From contig NZ_UQXD01000008.1 in NCBI RefSeq assembly GCF_900544955.1, positions 1,310-65,309 of the forward strand: a DNA stretch of 64,000 bases, read 5' to 3'. This stretch comes from an uncultured Oscillibacter sp. Its GTDB lineage: Bacteria > Bacillota > Clostridia > Oscillospirales > Oscillospiraceae. Below, in pieces: positions 12,145 to 22,320 of this stretch. Position 1 is the stretch's first letter; each line of letters starts with the position of its first letter. The position numbers were made by a program, and so were the translations under genes. Below the pieces are notes generated by a model. The model saw only the letters and a list, made by a program, of their open reading frames with translations, was not told where the DNA came from and did no database searches.

Positions 12145-13827
12145 ATGTCTGAAGTCATGGAACACGAGGGCCTGGCCGGTGAGCAGGCGGAGGCCGCGGC
12201 GCCTGAGGCGGCCCCTGAGAAGCCGTCTCTGGGCGCAAAATGGAAGGCCATGCCCCGGAAGAAGCGGCGGAAGATCATCCGCTGGACCATTCTCTTGCTG
12301 GTGGTGCTGGCGGCGGTTGTCATTCTCGCCAAGCTTCTGGGGGGCAAGGGGGAGGCCCAGGCCCAGGTGGTGACGGATATCGTCCAGTACGGGTCCATCA
12401 CCTCCACCGTGGAGGGCAGCGGCCTCACCAAGTCCAAGAACAGCGAGACCATCACCCTCACCACCTCCGGCACCGTCCTGGACGTGCTGGTGGCGGAGGG
12501 GCAGCAGGTCACCGCCGGCACGCCCCTGTTCGTCATCGAGTCCGAGGCGGCCCGCACCGCCGTGGACAAGGCCCGCAAGGACGTGGAGGGCTATGAAAAG
12601 CAGCTCAACACCCTGTACAAGGACATTGCCGGGCTGAACCTGGCGGCGGGGTATCCCGGCAAGCTGATGGAGTGCGTCACCCTGAACCCGGGGGACACCA
12701 TCTCCAAGGACCAGAAGGTGGCCACCCTGGCGGACGACACCCGGCTGCGGCTGGAGCAGTATTACAGCTACGCCTACGCCGGGGACCTGAAGGCGGGTCA
12801 GACCGTCAACGTCTCCGTTCCCGCCCTGATGACCTCCATCCCCGGCACGGTGGAGGCGGTCCATATGGTCAGCCGCATCACCCCGGAGGGGTCCAAGCTC
12901 TTCTCCGCCGACATTCTCATCAAGAACGACGGGGCCCTCACCGCGGAGATGATGGCCTCCGCCACCGTCACCGTCAACGGCGAGACCGTCTATCCCTATG
13001 AGCCGGGCAAGCTGGAGTACTACCGCACCGGCGATTTGAAGTCCACCGTCAACGGCACCGTCATCTCCAGCGACCTGGTGGACTACCTCCAGGTGTCCCA
13101 GGGCCAGGTGCTGGTCCGCATCGACGGCGAGGACAGCGAGAGCGAGATTTTCACCGTGGAGCAGAGCCTGGAGGATGCCCGCAAGACCCTGGAGACCGCC
13201 CAGAAGAACCTGGACAACTGCAACGCCGTGGCCCCCATCGACGGCACGGTGATCGGGCTGATGCTCCAGCAGGGCCAGGAGGTGGAGGCCAACACCGCCG
13301 TCATCACCATTGCGGACACCTCCACCATCACCGTGGACGCCACGGTGGACGAGCGGAACGTCAGCTATGTGAAGGCGGGCATGATGGTCAGCATCGACCA
13401 GTGGGGCAACTCCTTCATGGGCACGGTGGAGTCCGTCAGCCTGAACTCCAAGGCGGAAAACGGCGTGGCCAGCTATCCCATGGTCATCACGGTGGACAAC
13501 AGCGACGGCACGATGATGACCGGCAGCTACGTGAACTACACCCTGACCGCCAGCGAGAACGACAATTGCCTGGTGCTTCCCATCCAGAGCGTGAAATCCG
13601 TGCCTCTGGAGGACGGTACCTCCGCCAGCGTGGTCTTTGTGAAGGCGGACGCCCGGCCGGACAACGCCGTGGACCTGGCCGTGCCGGTGGACGGCGTGCC
13701 GGAGAAGGGCTTCTGGCCGGTGGTTGTGGAGATCGGCATCTCCGACGACTACAATGTGGAGATCAAGACCGGGGTGGAAGAGGGTATGGAGGTCTTCACC
13801 ACCGCCCAGACCACCGTCAATTGGTAA
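12145..13827 (+). CDS. HlyD/MacA-like membrane fusion protein with an internally duplicated core
   Basis: N-terminal TM; four lipoyl-like motifs, two coiled hairpins and two beta-barrel segments; AAGGAG RBS. Confidence 0.85.
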   Translation: MSEVMEHEGLAGEQAEAAAPEAAPEKPSLGAKWKAMPRKKRRKIIRWTILLLVVLAAVVILAKLLGGKGEAQAQVVTDIVQYGSITSTVEGSGLTKSKNSETITLTTSGTVLDVLVAEGQQVTAGTPLFVIESEAARTAVDKARKDVEGYEKQLNTLYKDIAGLNLAAGYPGKLMECVTLNPGDTISKDQKVATLADDTRLRLEQYYSYAYAGDLKAGQTVNVSVPALMTSIPGTVEAVHMVSRITPEGSKLFSADILIKNDGALTAEMMASATVTVNGETVYPYEPGKLEYYRTGDLKSTVNGTVISSDLVDYLQVSQGQVLVRIDGEDSESEIFTVEQSLEDARKTLETAQKNLDNCNAVAPIDGTVIGLMLQQGQEVEANTAVITIADTSTITVDATVDERNVSYVKAGMMVSIDQWGNSFMGTVESVSLNSKAENGVASYPMVITVDNSDGTMMTGSYVNYTLTASENDNCLVLPIQSVKSVPLEDGTSASVVFVKADARPDNAVDLAVPVDGVPEKGFWPVVVEIGISDDYNVEIKTGVEEGMEVFTTAQTTVNW

Positions 13828-13836
13828 GGGGACGCC

Positions 13837-14532
13837 ATGCTGATACAGATCAAGGACGTCTATAAAATTTACGGCGAGGGACTGGAGAGCGAGGTCCGGG
13901 CGCTGGACGGCGTGAGCCTGTCCATCGACCGGGGGGAGTTCGTGGCCATTGTGGGCCAGTCCGGCTCCGGCAAGTCCACCATGATGAACGTGCTGGGCTG
14001 CCTGGACATCCCCACCCGGGGGGACTACTTCCTGGACGGCACCGACGTCCGGGAGCTCAGCGACAAGGAGCTCTCCCACATCCGCAACAAGCAGATCGGC
14101 TTCATCTTTCAGCAGTACAACCTGATCCAGTCCCTGACGGTTCTGGAGAATGTGGAGCTGCCCCTGATCTACCAGGGCATCGGCGCCGACGACCGCCGCG
14201 ACATGGCCCTGGACGCGCTGGAGCGGGTGGGGCTGGCGGGCCGCACGAAGCACCGGCCTCCGGAGATGTCCGGCGGCCAGCAGCAGCGGGTGGCCATCGC
14301 CCGGGCCATCGCCACCAAGCCCCCCATCATCATGGCCGACGAGCCCACCGGCGCGCTGGACTCCCACACCGGCCACGAGGTGCTGCAATTTTTGCAGCAG
14401 CTCAACAAGGAGGGCAGCACCGTCATCCTCATCACCCACGACAACGGCATCGCCGCCACCGCCCGCCGGTGCGTCCGGCTGCAGGACGGGAAGATCGTCC
14501 AGGACCAGGAACAGGAGGTGGACTGGCTGTGA
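13837..14532 (+). CDS. MacB/LolD-type ABC ATPase
   Basis: [35 protein letters not shown]. Confidence 0.95.
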   Translation: MLIQIKDVYKIYGEGLESEVRALDGVSLSIDRGEFVAIVGQSGSGKSTMMNVLGCLDIPTRGDYFLDGTDVRELSDKELSHIRNKQIGFIFQQYNLIQSLTVLENVELPLIYQGIGADDRRDMALDALERVGLAGRTKHRPPEMSGGQQQRVAIARAIATKPPIIMADEPTGALDSHTGHEVLQFLQQLNKEGSTVILITHDNGIAATARRCVRLQDGKIVQDQEQEVDWL

Positions 14533-15782
14533 ATATCCGGCAGGCCATGAAAATGGCGTGGAAATCCATTCTGGGCAAAAAGGGCCGGTCCTTCCTCACG
14601 ATGCTGGGCATCATCATCGGCATCGCCTCCGTCATGACCATCGTCTCGGTGGTCAACGGGCAGAACCAGCAGTCTTTGAAGCAGTTTGAGGCCATGGGCA
14701 CCAACCGGATCGACGTCTCGCTGTACATGTTCGACGGGCGGGACAGCTTTCAGGACCTCTACAACTACTGCAACGGGCTGGGAAGGGACCTGGTGCTGGG
14801 CGTGACGCCCTCGGGCTACGCCAACGCCACCGTGGTGTACGGCACCAAGAGCAGCAAGGCCATGGAGAAAAACCAGGAGATGCTCTGGAACAGCAGCGAC
14901 GGCACGGTGCGCACCGACCTGGAGCTGCCGCCCGACCTGTACTACGGCAGCGACCAGTACGCCGTCTGCAACAACTTCCAATTGGAGCGGGGACGGGACC
15001 TGAGCTTCCTGGACATCCAGAAGTACAACCAGGTCTGTGTGCTGGGCGCCCGGGCCGCCCGGAACTTCTTCGGCTACGCGGACCCGGTGGGCCAGGATCT
15101 GCTGGTAAACGGCTATCCCTACAAGGTGGTGGGCACGTACGCTGAGAAGGACCCGGACAGCCCCTATTCCCAGGACAATCTGATCGTGTTCCCCTATACC
15201 GCCAGCCGCCTGCTGAGCCCCGGAAACACCATCAGCGAATTCGTGGTGAAGGCCGCGTCCAGCGAGGCCACGGATGAGGCGGTCTCCCGCCTCAACAGCT
15301 TCCTCACCGGCCTGACCAACAACCAGGAGCGGGGCTGGGGCAATGCGTACAGCAACAACCAGTGGCAGAACTCCATCAACGAGCAGTCCGCCATGATGAG
15401 CATGGTCCTGGGCGGCATCGCCGCCATCAGCCTGCTGGTGGGCGGCATCGGCATCATGAACATCATGCTGGTGACCGTCACGGAGCGGACCCGGGAGATC
15501 GGCATCCGCCGGGCCATCGGCGCCGAGCGGAGCTCCATCGTCACCCAGTTCCTCATTGAGGCGGCCATGCTCTGCGGCATCGGCGGCATCATCGGCATCG
15601 CCGTGGGCACCGTGGTCACGCGGCTGGCGGGCCTGCTGCTGGTACATATGGATATCTGGCCATCCGCCGCCATCACGGCGGGCGCGTTTTTGCTGTCGGT
15701 GGTGCTGGGCATCGTGTTCGGCATCTACCCCGCGGCCAAGGCGTCCAAGCTCCAGCCTGTGGAAGCGCTGCGGGCGGATTGA
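14529..15782 (+). CDS. MacB/FtsX-type ABC permease (YknZ-like)
   Basis: [12 protein letters not shown] and [31 protein letters not shown] overlap with the ATPase stop. Confidence 0.95.
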   Translation: MNIRQAMKMAWKSILGKKGRSFLTMLGIIIGIASVMTIVSVVNGQNQQSLKQFEAMGTNRIDVSLYMFDGRDSFQDLYNYCNGLGRDLVLGVTPSGYANATVVYGTKSSKAMEKNQEMLWNSSDGTVRTDLELPPDLYYGSDQYAVCNNFQLERGRDLSFLDIQKYNQVCVLGARAARNFFGYADPVGQDLLVNGYPYKVVGTYAEKDPDSPYSQDNLIVFPYTASRLLSPGNTISEFVVKAASSEATDEAVSRLNSFLTGLTNNQERGWGNAYSNNQWQNSINEQSAMMSMVLGGIAAISLLVGGIGIMNIMLVTVTERTREIGIRRAIGAERSSIVTQFLIEAAMLCGIGGIIGIAVGTVVTRLAGLLLVHMDIWPSAAITAGAFLLSVVLGIVFGIYPAAKASKLQPVEALRAD

Positions 15783-15797
15783 GAAGGAGAAGAGTGT

Positions 15798-18110
15798 ATG
15801 AGAAAACGGATGTTAACCTGGCTGACGGCGGTGTGCATGGCGGTTGCCATGCTGCCGCTGCCGGCGCTTGCCGCTGAGACGGTGACGTTTGCCGACGTCT
15901 CCGACCGGACCACCGCCACGGCGGTGGAGACGCTGCGGCTGATGGGCGTGGTGGACGGCTACGGCGACGGCAGCTTCCGCCCCGACGCGGTGCTGAACCG
16001 GGCCCAGTTCTGCAAAATGGCGGTGTACGCCATGGCGGGGGAGAACGAGCTGGGGCTCTACCGCACCGTCACCGTCTTCCCGGACGTGAAGCCCTCCCAC
16101 TGGGCGGCGGGCTATATCAACATGGCCGCCAAGGGCAAGGGCATCATCGCCGGCTACCCCGACGGCAACTTCCATCCGGACCGGACCGTGACGGTGGGCC
16201 AAGCCGTCACGATTCTGCTGCGCCTGCTGGAGTACAAGGATGAGAACGTGGGCGGCGTGTGGCCGGACAGCTACATGGCCGTGGGCGCCACCGCCGGCCT
16301 CACCGACGGGGTGGGCACCAACGGCAACGTCCCCCTGACCCGGGGCGCCGCGGCCCGGCTGTTTTTGAACCTGCTCCGGGCGGATAAGCGGGAGGGCGGC
16401 AGCTACCTGGCCACCCTGGGCACGCCCATGGCCAACACCATGCTGGTCTCCGCCACCGCCACCGGCAGCGACGGGCGGAACAACGCCCTTCAGACGGCGG
16501 ACGGCAGCGTGTACCAGCTGGCCTCCGGCAAGACCTCCAACGGCATGCTCAACGGCAGCCGGGGCACCCTGGTGGTGAACGGGGACGGCAAGGCCGTGAC
16601 CTTTGTGCCGGACGCCGTGGAGGCCACCCGGACGGTGACGCTGGCCTCCAGCACCGCCACCCAGATCACCGACAGCAACGGCGTGAAGTACACCGTCAAG
16701 AGCGGCACCAAGACCTTCTACAACGGCGAGGAGACCACCTGGGGCAGCGCCGCCAGCTGGGTCCACGCCGGGACCATGGTGACGCTGTATCTGGACGGCG
16801 CCGGCAGCGTGGACTATGTGTTCATCGGCGGCGGCGGAGACGCCTCTGCGGCGGTGGTGGTCTATGAGGACTACTCCGGCGCGGGCTTCGACAGCCTCAC
16901 CAGCGGCGCGGGGAACTATGCCATCTACAAAAACGGCGCCCCCGCCACCCTGGGCGATCTGCGCAAGTACGACGTGGCCGTGTACTCCGCCTCCACCAAC
17001 TCCATCCGGGTCTGCGACACCCGGGTGACGGTGTACTACGAGAAGTGCTACCCCAACCCCAAGGAGCCGGAGACCATCACCGCCATGGGCCGGGAGTTTG
17101 ACGTCCTGCCCACGGCCAAGGACAGCCTCTCCAACTTCAAGCCCGGCGACCAGATGACCCTCCTCCTGACGGACGGCGGCCAGGTGGCCGGGGCCGTGGA
17201 GGCCAGCGGCAGCGCCGCCCGGGGCAACGCGGTGGGCATCGTGTCCGACAGCGGCACCGTGCAGATGCTGTGCGGCACCGCCAAAATTGAACTCTCCGCC
17301 ACCAACGCCTCCAGCTTCAAGGGGCAGGTGGTGCGGATCACTGCCGGCAAGAACGGCGTGGTCCTCTCCCGCCTCACCGGCGGCCCCAGCGGCGACCTGA
17401 ACGTGACCGCCCGGAAGCTGGGCAGCATCGCCCTCAGCGGCGGCGTGATGGTCTTCCGCGGCGGCGAGGACGTGGCGCTGTCCCAGTTGAGCAGCGGCAT
17501 CATCCCCTCCACGCAGATCACCTACGCCCGGACCAACTGGGCCGGAGAGGTGGACCTGATCGTGCTCAGCGGCAGCCTCAAGAGCGACACCTTGTACTTC
17601 GGCCGGGTGGTCATTACGGAGAACACCTGGTCCTGGAAGTCGGGCTGCGGCCCCTACGCCGACCATGTGGAGGGCAAGAACGGTTACAAGGACAAGGACG
17701 GCAACTGGGTCTGGAACGACGACGCAGGCGAGAACGAGCGGAAAGAGGACGGCGTGAACGGCTCCTATAAGCGGGGCATTGCCGTGGAGTACGGCAACGG
17801 CATGCGCTCTCCCTCCATCGCCACCGATTCCCTGGTCTCCTCCGGCGACTATGTGGGCATGGAGCTCAAGAACGATTTGCTGGTGAGCCTGGATAAGCTG
17901 ACGCGGATGCAGAACGTCTCCAACAGCGCCTGGAACGGCCAGGGCCTGGTCACCATCGGCGGCCGGGGCTACACGGTGAGCGACGACGTGCCCTGCTACA
18001 ACGCGGACTCCGGCACCTGGATCACCCTCAGCGAGGCCCATGCCTACGCGGATACGGCGGATGTCTATGTGTCCGACGGCGTGGTGCGGGTCATTGAGGT
18101 GAAGCACTGA
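15798..18110 (+). CDS. Secreted S-layer-homology (SLH) domain protein
   Basis: Signal peptide ending ALA; SLH repeats FADV..GYGDGSFRPD..LNRAQF and FPDV..HWAAGYI..GYPDGNFHPD plus a degenerate third; beta-rich C-terminus. Confidence 0.9.
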   Translation: MRKRMLTWLTAVCMAVAMLPLPALAAETVTFADVSDRTTATAVETLRLMGVVDGYGDGSFRPDAVLNRAQFCKMAVYAMAGENELGLYRTVTVFPDVKPSHWAAGYINMAAKGKGIIAGYPDGNFHPDRTVTVGQAVTILLRLLEYKDENVGGVWPDSYMAVGATAGLTDGVGTNGNVPLTRGAAARLFLNLLRADKREGGSYLATLGTPMANTMLVSATATGSDGRNNALQTADGSVYQLASGKTSNGMLNGSRGTLVVNGDGKAVTFVPDAVEATRTVTLASSTATQITDSNGVKYTVKSGTKTFYNGEETTWGSAASWVHAGTMVTLYLDGAGSVDYVFIGGGGDASAAVVVYEDYSGAGFDSLTSGAGNYAIYKNGAPATLGDLRKYDVAVYSASTNSIRVCDTRVTVYYEKCYPNPKEPETITAMGREFDVLPTAKDSLSNFKPGDQMTLLLTDGGQVAGAVEASGSAARGNAVGIVSDSGTVQMLCGTAKIELSATNASSFKGQVVRITAGKNGVVLSRLTGGPSGDLNVTARKLGSIALSGGVMVFRGGEDVALSQLSSGIIPSTQITYARTNWAGEVDLIVLSGSLKSDTLYFGRVVITENTWSWKSGCGPYADHVEGKNGYKDKDGNWVWNDDAGENERKEDGVNGSYKRGIAVEYGNGMRSPSIATDSLVSSGDYVGMELKNDLLVSLDKLTRMQNVSNSAWNGQGLVTIGGRGYTVSDDVPCYNADSGTWITLSEAHAYADTADVYVSDGVVRVIEVKH

Positions 18111-18120
18111 GCCAAAGCGG

Positions 18121-18158
18121 CAAAAAAAGATTCGGACTTTCGTCCGAATCTTTTTTTG
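18121..18158. terminator. Bidirectional terminator
   Basis: A7-GATTCGGAC-TTTC-GTCCGAATC-T7 between convergent genes. Confidence 0.9.
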
Positions 18159-18164
18159 CCGCCG

Positions 18165-19394
18165 TCAGATCACCTGGAACAGGTAGAATTTGAGGTAGCT
18201 GGTCTCCTCCACGCCCCAGAGGATGGGGTGGTCGCAGCTCTGCTGCCGGGCCTCAATCTGCCGCAGCTGCACGCCGGCGTCCCGGGCGGCGTCCCGGAGC
18301 ATGGCGGTGAAGGCCGCCTCCGTGGCGAAGTGGGAGCAGGAGCAGGTGGCCAGATACCCGCCCCGGGGCAGCAGCCGCATGGCCCGGTAGTTGATCTCCT
18401 TGTAGCCGGTGATGGCGTTGGCCACGGTTTTCCGGGACTTGGTGAAGGCGGGCGGGTCCAGGATGATGAAATCGTACCTGGGCGGCTCCTGCTCCAGCCG
18501 GGGCAGCAGGTCGAAGACGTTGGCCGCCACGCACTCCACCGTGCCGGAGAGGCCATTGCGCGCCGCGTTGGCCCGGGCCATCTCTACCGCCGCCTCGGAC
18601 ACGTCCACGGCGGTGACGTGGCTGGCGCCGCCCCGGGCGGCGTTCAGGGCGAAGGAGCCGGTGTGGGTGAAGCAGTCCAGCACCGTCCGGCCCCGGGCCA
18701 GGCGGGCCACCGCCTGGCGGTTGTACTTCTGGTCCAGGAAGAAGCCGGTTTTCTGTCCGTTTTCCACGTCCACCAGGTAGCGGATGCCGTTCTCCGTGAT
18801 CTCCGTCACCGGGGAGGCGGGGGGCGTCTCGCCGGGGAGGGGGAACCAGCCCTTGTACTGGGGCAGGCCCTCCTTGTCCCGCAGGGCGGCGTCGTTGCGC
18901 TCGTAGACGCCCCGGACGGCCTGGCCGTCCTCCCGGAGGATGCGGACCAGGGCGGGCAGCAGCAGGCTCTTGATGGCCTCCATCCCCACGGACAGCACCT
19001 GGACGCTGAGGAGGTCGTGAAACTTGTCCACCGTCAGGCCGGGGAAGGCGTCCGCCTCCCCGAAGAGGACCCGGCAGCAGTCCAGCTCCTCCGGCGCCAT
19101 GACGGTCTTCCGGTAGTCCCAGGCCCAGCGGAGCTTCCGCTCCCAGAAAGCCTGGTCAAAGCGGTCGTTGGCGTTCCGGGAGAGAAGGCGGACCCGGATT
19201 TTGGACTGCTCCGAGAGGAAGCCTGTGCCAAGATATCGGCCTTTTTTGCTTACTATATCCACCAATCCGCCGTTTTCGGCGGTGCCCTCGGCGGAGAGAA
19301 CCTCCGCGTCGTAGACCCAGGGGTGGCCCCGGAGGATGGCGGCCTCCGCCTTGGGGGTGACGGTGTATCTGGGGTAGGTTCGCTCTGCTTTCAT
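18165..19394 (-). CDS. RlmI/YwbD-family SAM-dependent rRNA methyltransferase
   Basis: PUA-like GHPWVY, GQKTGFFLDQ, LDCFTHTGSF, LDPPAF, TCSCS. Confidence 0.92.
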   Translation of the reverse strand: MKAERTYPRYTVTPKAEAAILRGHPWVYDAEVLSAEGTAENGGLVDIVSKKGRYLGTGFLSEQSKIRVRLLSRNANDRFDQAFWERKLRWAWDYRKTVMAPEELDCCRVLFGEADAFPGLTVDKFHDLLSVQVLSVGMEAIKSLLLPALVRILREDGQAVRGVYERNDAALRDKEGLPQYKGWFPLPGETPPASPVTEITENGIRYLVDVENGQKTGFFLDQKYNRQAVARLARGRTVLDCFTHTGSFALNAARGGASHVTAVDVSEAAVEMARANAARNGLSGTVECVAANVFDLLPRLEQEPPRYDFIILDPPAFTKSRKTVANAITGYKEINYRAMRLLPRGGYLATCSCSHFATEAAFTAMLRDAARDAGVQLRQIEARQQSCDHPILWGVEETSYLKFYLFQVI

Positions 19395-19430
19395 AAAGGT
19401 GTTCCTCCCGTCGGTTTTGGATCAGTGTAT

Positions 19431-19458
19431 CACACTTTTGCCTCCGGCGCCATAGGTA
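19431..19458 (+). promoter_or_regulatory. Mother-cell sigma (SigK/SigE-type) promoter candidate
   Basis: CACA-16-CATAGGTA; imperfect -10. Confidence 0.45.
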
Positions 19459-19479
19459 TAAGAAGAAGGAGGGAACGCC

Positions 19480-20220
19480 ATGCCCAGCATCTATCTCAGC
19501 CCGTCCACACAGGAGTGGAACGATTACGTCACCGGCAGCGGCTCCGAGGAGTACAACATGAACCTGCTGGCGGATGCCCTGGTCCCCTATCTGCTCTCCA
19601 ACGGGATTCAGTACCGGAGGAACCGGCCGGACATGACCGCCGGCTCCTCCATCCGGGAGGCCAACCGAGGGGACTACGATTTGTACCTGGCCCTGCACTC
19701 CAACGCCGCGCCGGAGGGCCACTACGGCGAGGAGCGGGGCATCATCGCCTTTTACTACCCCGGCAGCGCCCAGGGCCGCCGGGCGGCGGAGCTGATCGCC
19801 GAGGAGCTGCGGCAGATTTATCCGCTGCCCAACCGGGTCACCACCCGGGACACCACCACCCTGGGGGAGGTGCGCCAGTCCCGGGCCCCGGCGGTGCTGG
19901 TGGAGATCGGCTACCACGACAACTACGCCGACGCCGTGTGGCTGGAGAGCCACTGGGACGCCATCGCCCAGCAGCTGGCCCGGGCGCTGACCCGGTTTTT
20001 CGGCCTGCCCTTTATCTACCCCATGGACCCGGTCACCGGCACCGTGGCGGTGTCCGGCGGCACGCTGAACCTGCGGAGCTACCCCTCGTCCAGCGGCACG
20101 GTTCTGGCCAACATGCCCGGCGGCGCCACCGTCACCATCTACGGTGAGTGGCAGGGGTGGTATGTGGTCCACTACGGGGACCTGGTGGGCTACGCGGCGG
20201 TGGCCTATATCGACACCTGA
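19480..20220 (+). CDS. N-acetylmuramoyl-L-alanine amidase (Amidase_3) with C-terminal SH3b
   Basis: ALHSNA and PAVLVEIGYHDN; SH3b LNLRSYPS...GWYVV; no signal peptide. Confidence 0.88.
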   Translation: MPSIYLSPSTQEWNDYVTGSGSEEYNMNLLADALVPYLLSNGIQYRRNRPDMTAGSSIREANRGDYDLYLALHSNAAPEGHYGEERGIIAFYYPGSAQGRRAAELIAEELRQIYPLPNRVTTRDTTTLGEVRQSRAPAVLVEIGYHDNYADAVWLESHWDAIAQQLARALTRFFGLPFIYPMDPVTGTVAVSGGTLNLRSYPSSSGTVLANMPGGATVTIYGEWQGWYVVHYGDLVGYAAVAYIDT

Positions 20221-20437
20221 GCCTCCCGGGGAGGCGGGGCCGGCAGCGGAGCTCTGCGCCGGGCGGGCAGTGCCCGTCCGGCGCTTGTTTGCATCCCGGC
20301 GCGGGAAAGGGCGCCCCTCCGGCCCTTTTTGCGGCGGAGAGCCGGGAAATTTCCAGATTTGGCCGGGAGGCCTTCGATATTTTGTGGAAGAACCGAGGGG
20401 ACGACCCGCATATTTTGGGTAAATATACGGTTTTTCC

Positions 20438-20466
20438 TTGACAGCGCCCCTGGAAATGATTAAACT
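20438..20466 (+). promoter_or_regulatory. SigA promoter of rny
   Basis: TTGACA-17-TAAACT. Confidence 0.8.
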
Positions 20467-20597
20467 GGAACAAGATAATCATCGAACGGCAAAAGGGGAG
20501 TCCGTCCGATCGTTTTCTGCATATGCGAGTCCCGCTGCCTGCGGGATGTCTGCGGATACAGCGACCAATACCGAAAAAACAGGAGGAATATTGAATC

Positions 20598-22148
20598 GTG
20601 GAGCTTTGGACCATTGTAGCGGCCCTGATTGGGCTGGTGGTCGGCGGCGCGGTTTGCTTCCCTCTCGGTATTCGCTATCGGAAAAATGTTTCTGAGAAGG
20701 AAATCTCAAGCGCGGAAGAAGAAGGAAAGCGCATCGTCAACGAGGCCATCAAGAGCGCCGAGACCAAGAAAAAAGAGGCACTGCTGGAAGCCAAGGAAGA
20801 GATTTTAAAGAATCGAAGCGAGTATGAGAAGGAAGTAAAGGAGCGCCGGGCCGACCTGCAGCGGCAGGAGAACCGCCTGCAGCAAAAGGAAGAGACCCTG
20901 GACCGCAAAACCGAGACCATCGAGAAAAAGGAAGAGTCCCTGGCCCAGAAGCACGCGGCCATCGACAAGGAGACCGAGGAGATCCGGACCATCAAGCGCA
21001 GCCAGACCGAGATGCTGGAGCGTATCTCCGGCTTCACCGCCGATGAGGCCAAAGCCTACCTCATCGCCCAGGTGGAAGCGGAAGTGACCCATGAGACTGC
21101 CCTCAAGATCAAAGAGGTGGAGTCCCGGATGAAGGAAGAGTGTGAAGCCCGCGCCCGGGAAGTGGTGGCTCAGGCCATCCAGCGCTGTGCCGCGGACCAG
21201 GTGGCCGAAATGACCGTCAGTGTGGTTCCCCTGCCCAATGACGAGATGAAGGGCCGCATCATCGGCCGGGAGGGCCGCAACATCCGCACCATCGAGACGC
21301 TCACCGGTGTGGACCTCATCATCGACGACACGCCGGAGGCCATCACGGTCTCCTGCTTCGAGCCGGTGCGGCGGGAGATCGCCCGTCTGGCCCTGGAAAA
21401 GCTGATCGCCGACGGCCGCATCCACCCCACCCACATCGAGGAGATGGTGGAAAAGGCCCGCCGGGAGGTGGACGCCACCATCAAGGCCGAGGGGGAGCGC
21501 GTTGTCTTCGAGTGCGGCGTGCGGAACCTGCACCCGGAGCTGGTGAAGATGCTGGGCCGCCTCCACTACCGCACCAGCTACGGCCAGAACGTGCTCCAGC
21601 ACTCCGTGGAGGTCTCCCACATCGCCGGCATGATGGCCGCCGAGCTGGGGGCCGATGTCCAGGCCGCCAAGCGGGCGGGCCTGCTCCACGACCTGGGCAA
21701 GTCCGTGGACCATGAGATGGAGGGCACCCACGTGGCCCTGGGTGTGGAATTTGCCCGGAAGTACAAGGAGAAAGAGGACATCATCCACGCCATCGAGGCC
21801 CACCACAACGATGTGGAGCCCCGGACCATCGTCGCCTGCCTGGTGCAGGCCGCGGACGCTATTTCCGCCGCCCGCCCCGGTGCCCGCCGCGAGAATCTGG
21901 AGAACTACATCAAGCGCCTGGAACAGCTGGAGACCATCACCGGCACCTATCCCGGCGTGGACAAGGCCTTTGCCATCCAGGCCGGCCGCGAGGTGCGGGT
22001 CATGGTGAAGCCGGAGCAGGTCAGCGAGGACCAGATGGTGATTCTGGCCCGGGACCTGGCCAAGAAGATCGAGGAAGAGATGGAGTATCCCGGTCAGATC
22101 AAGGTCCACGTCCTGCGGGAGACCAAGGTCGTGGAATACGCCAAGTAA
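20598..22148 (+). CDS. rny: Ribonuclease Y
   Basis: N-terminal TM, coiled coil, KH domain [16 protein letters not shown] domain [20 protein letters not shown]. Confidence 0.98.
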   Translation: MELWTIVAALIGLVVGGAVCFPLGIRYRKNVSEKEISSAEEEGKRIVNEAIKSAETKKKEALLEAKEEILKNRSEYEKEVKERRADLQRQENRLQQKEETLDRKTETIEKKEESLAQKHAAIDKETEEIRTIKRSQTEMLERISGFTADEAKAYLIAQVEAEVTHETALKIKEVESRMKEECEARAREVVAQAIQRCAADQVAEMTVSVVPLPNDEMKGRIIGREGRNIRTIETLTGVDLIIDDTPEAITVSCFEPVRREIARLALEKLIADGRIHPTHIEEMVEKARREVDATIKAEGERVVFECGVRNLHPELVKMLGRLHYRTSYGQNVLQHSVEVSHIAGMMAAELGADVQAAKRAGLLHDLGKSVDHEMEGTHVALGVEFARKYKEKEDIIHAIEAHHNDVEPRTIVACLVQAADAISAARPGARRENLENYIKRLEQLETITGTYPGVDKAFAIQAGREVRVMVKPEQVSEDQMVILARDLAKKIEEEMEYPGQIKVHVLRETKVVEYAK

Positions 22149-22160
22149 TCAGGAATACCC

Positions 22161-22196
22161 AAAAATCCTCCGGGGAATCACCCCGGAGGATTTTTT
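22161..22196. terminator. Bidirectional terminator
   Basis: AAAAATCCTCCGGGG/CCCCGGAGGATTTTTT. Confidence 0.88.
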
Positions 22197-22320
22197 CGCG
22201 CTTGGGAGCCCGGCGGCCCGGAGCAGGGGGGAGCGGCGAGGGACTGTCCGGGCGCCGGAGGGGGCGTCGGATTTCCAGGCCGCGTTCCACGGCGGTTCCG
22301 GCGGCCCCTCCGGGCGGCGA

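Noticed and set aside
20470..20580. 6S RNA or c-di-GMP riboswitch upstream of rny
   Set aside because: Too short for 6S with no long rod; lacks the GNRA/receptor and GCAAA architecture of c-di-GMP-I
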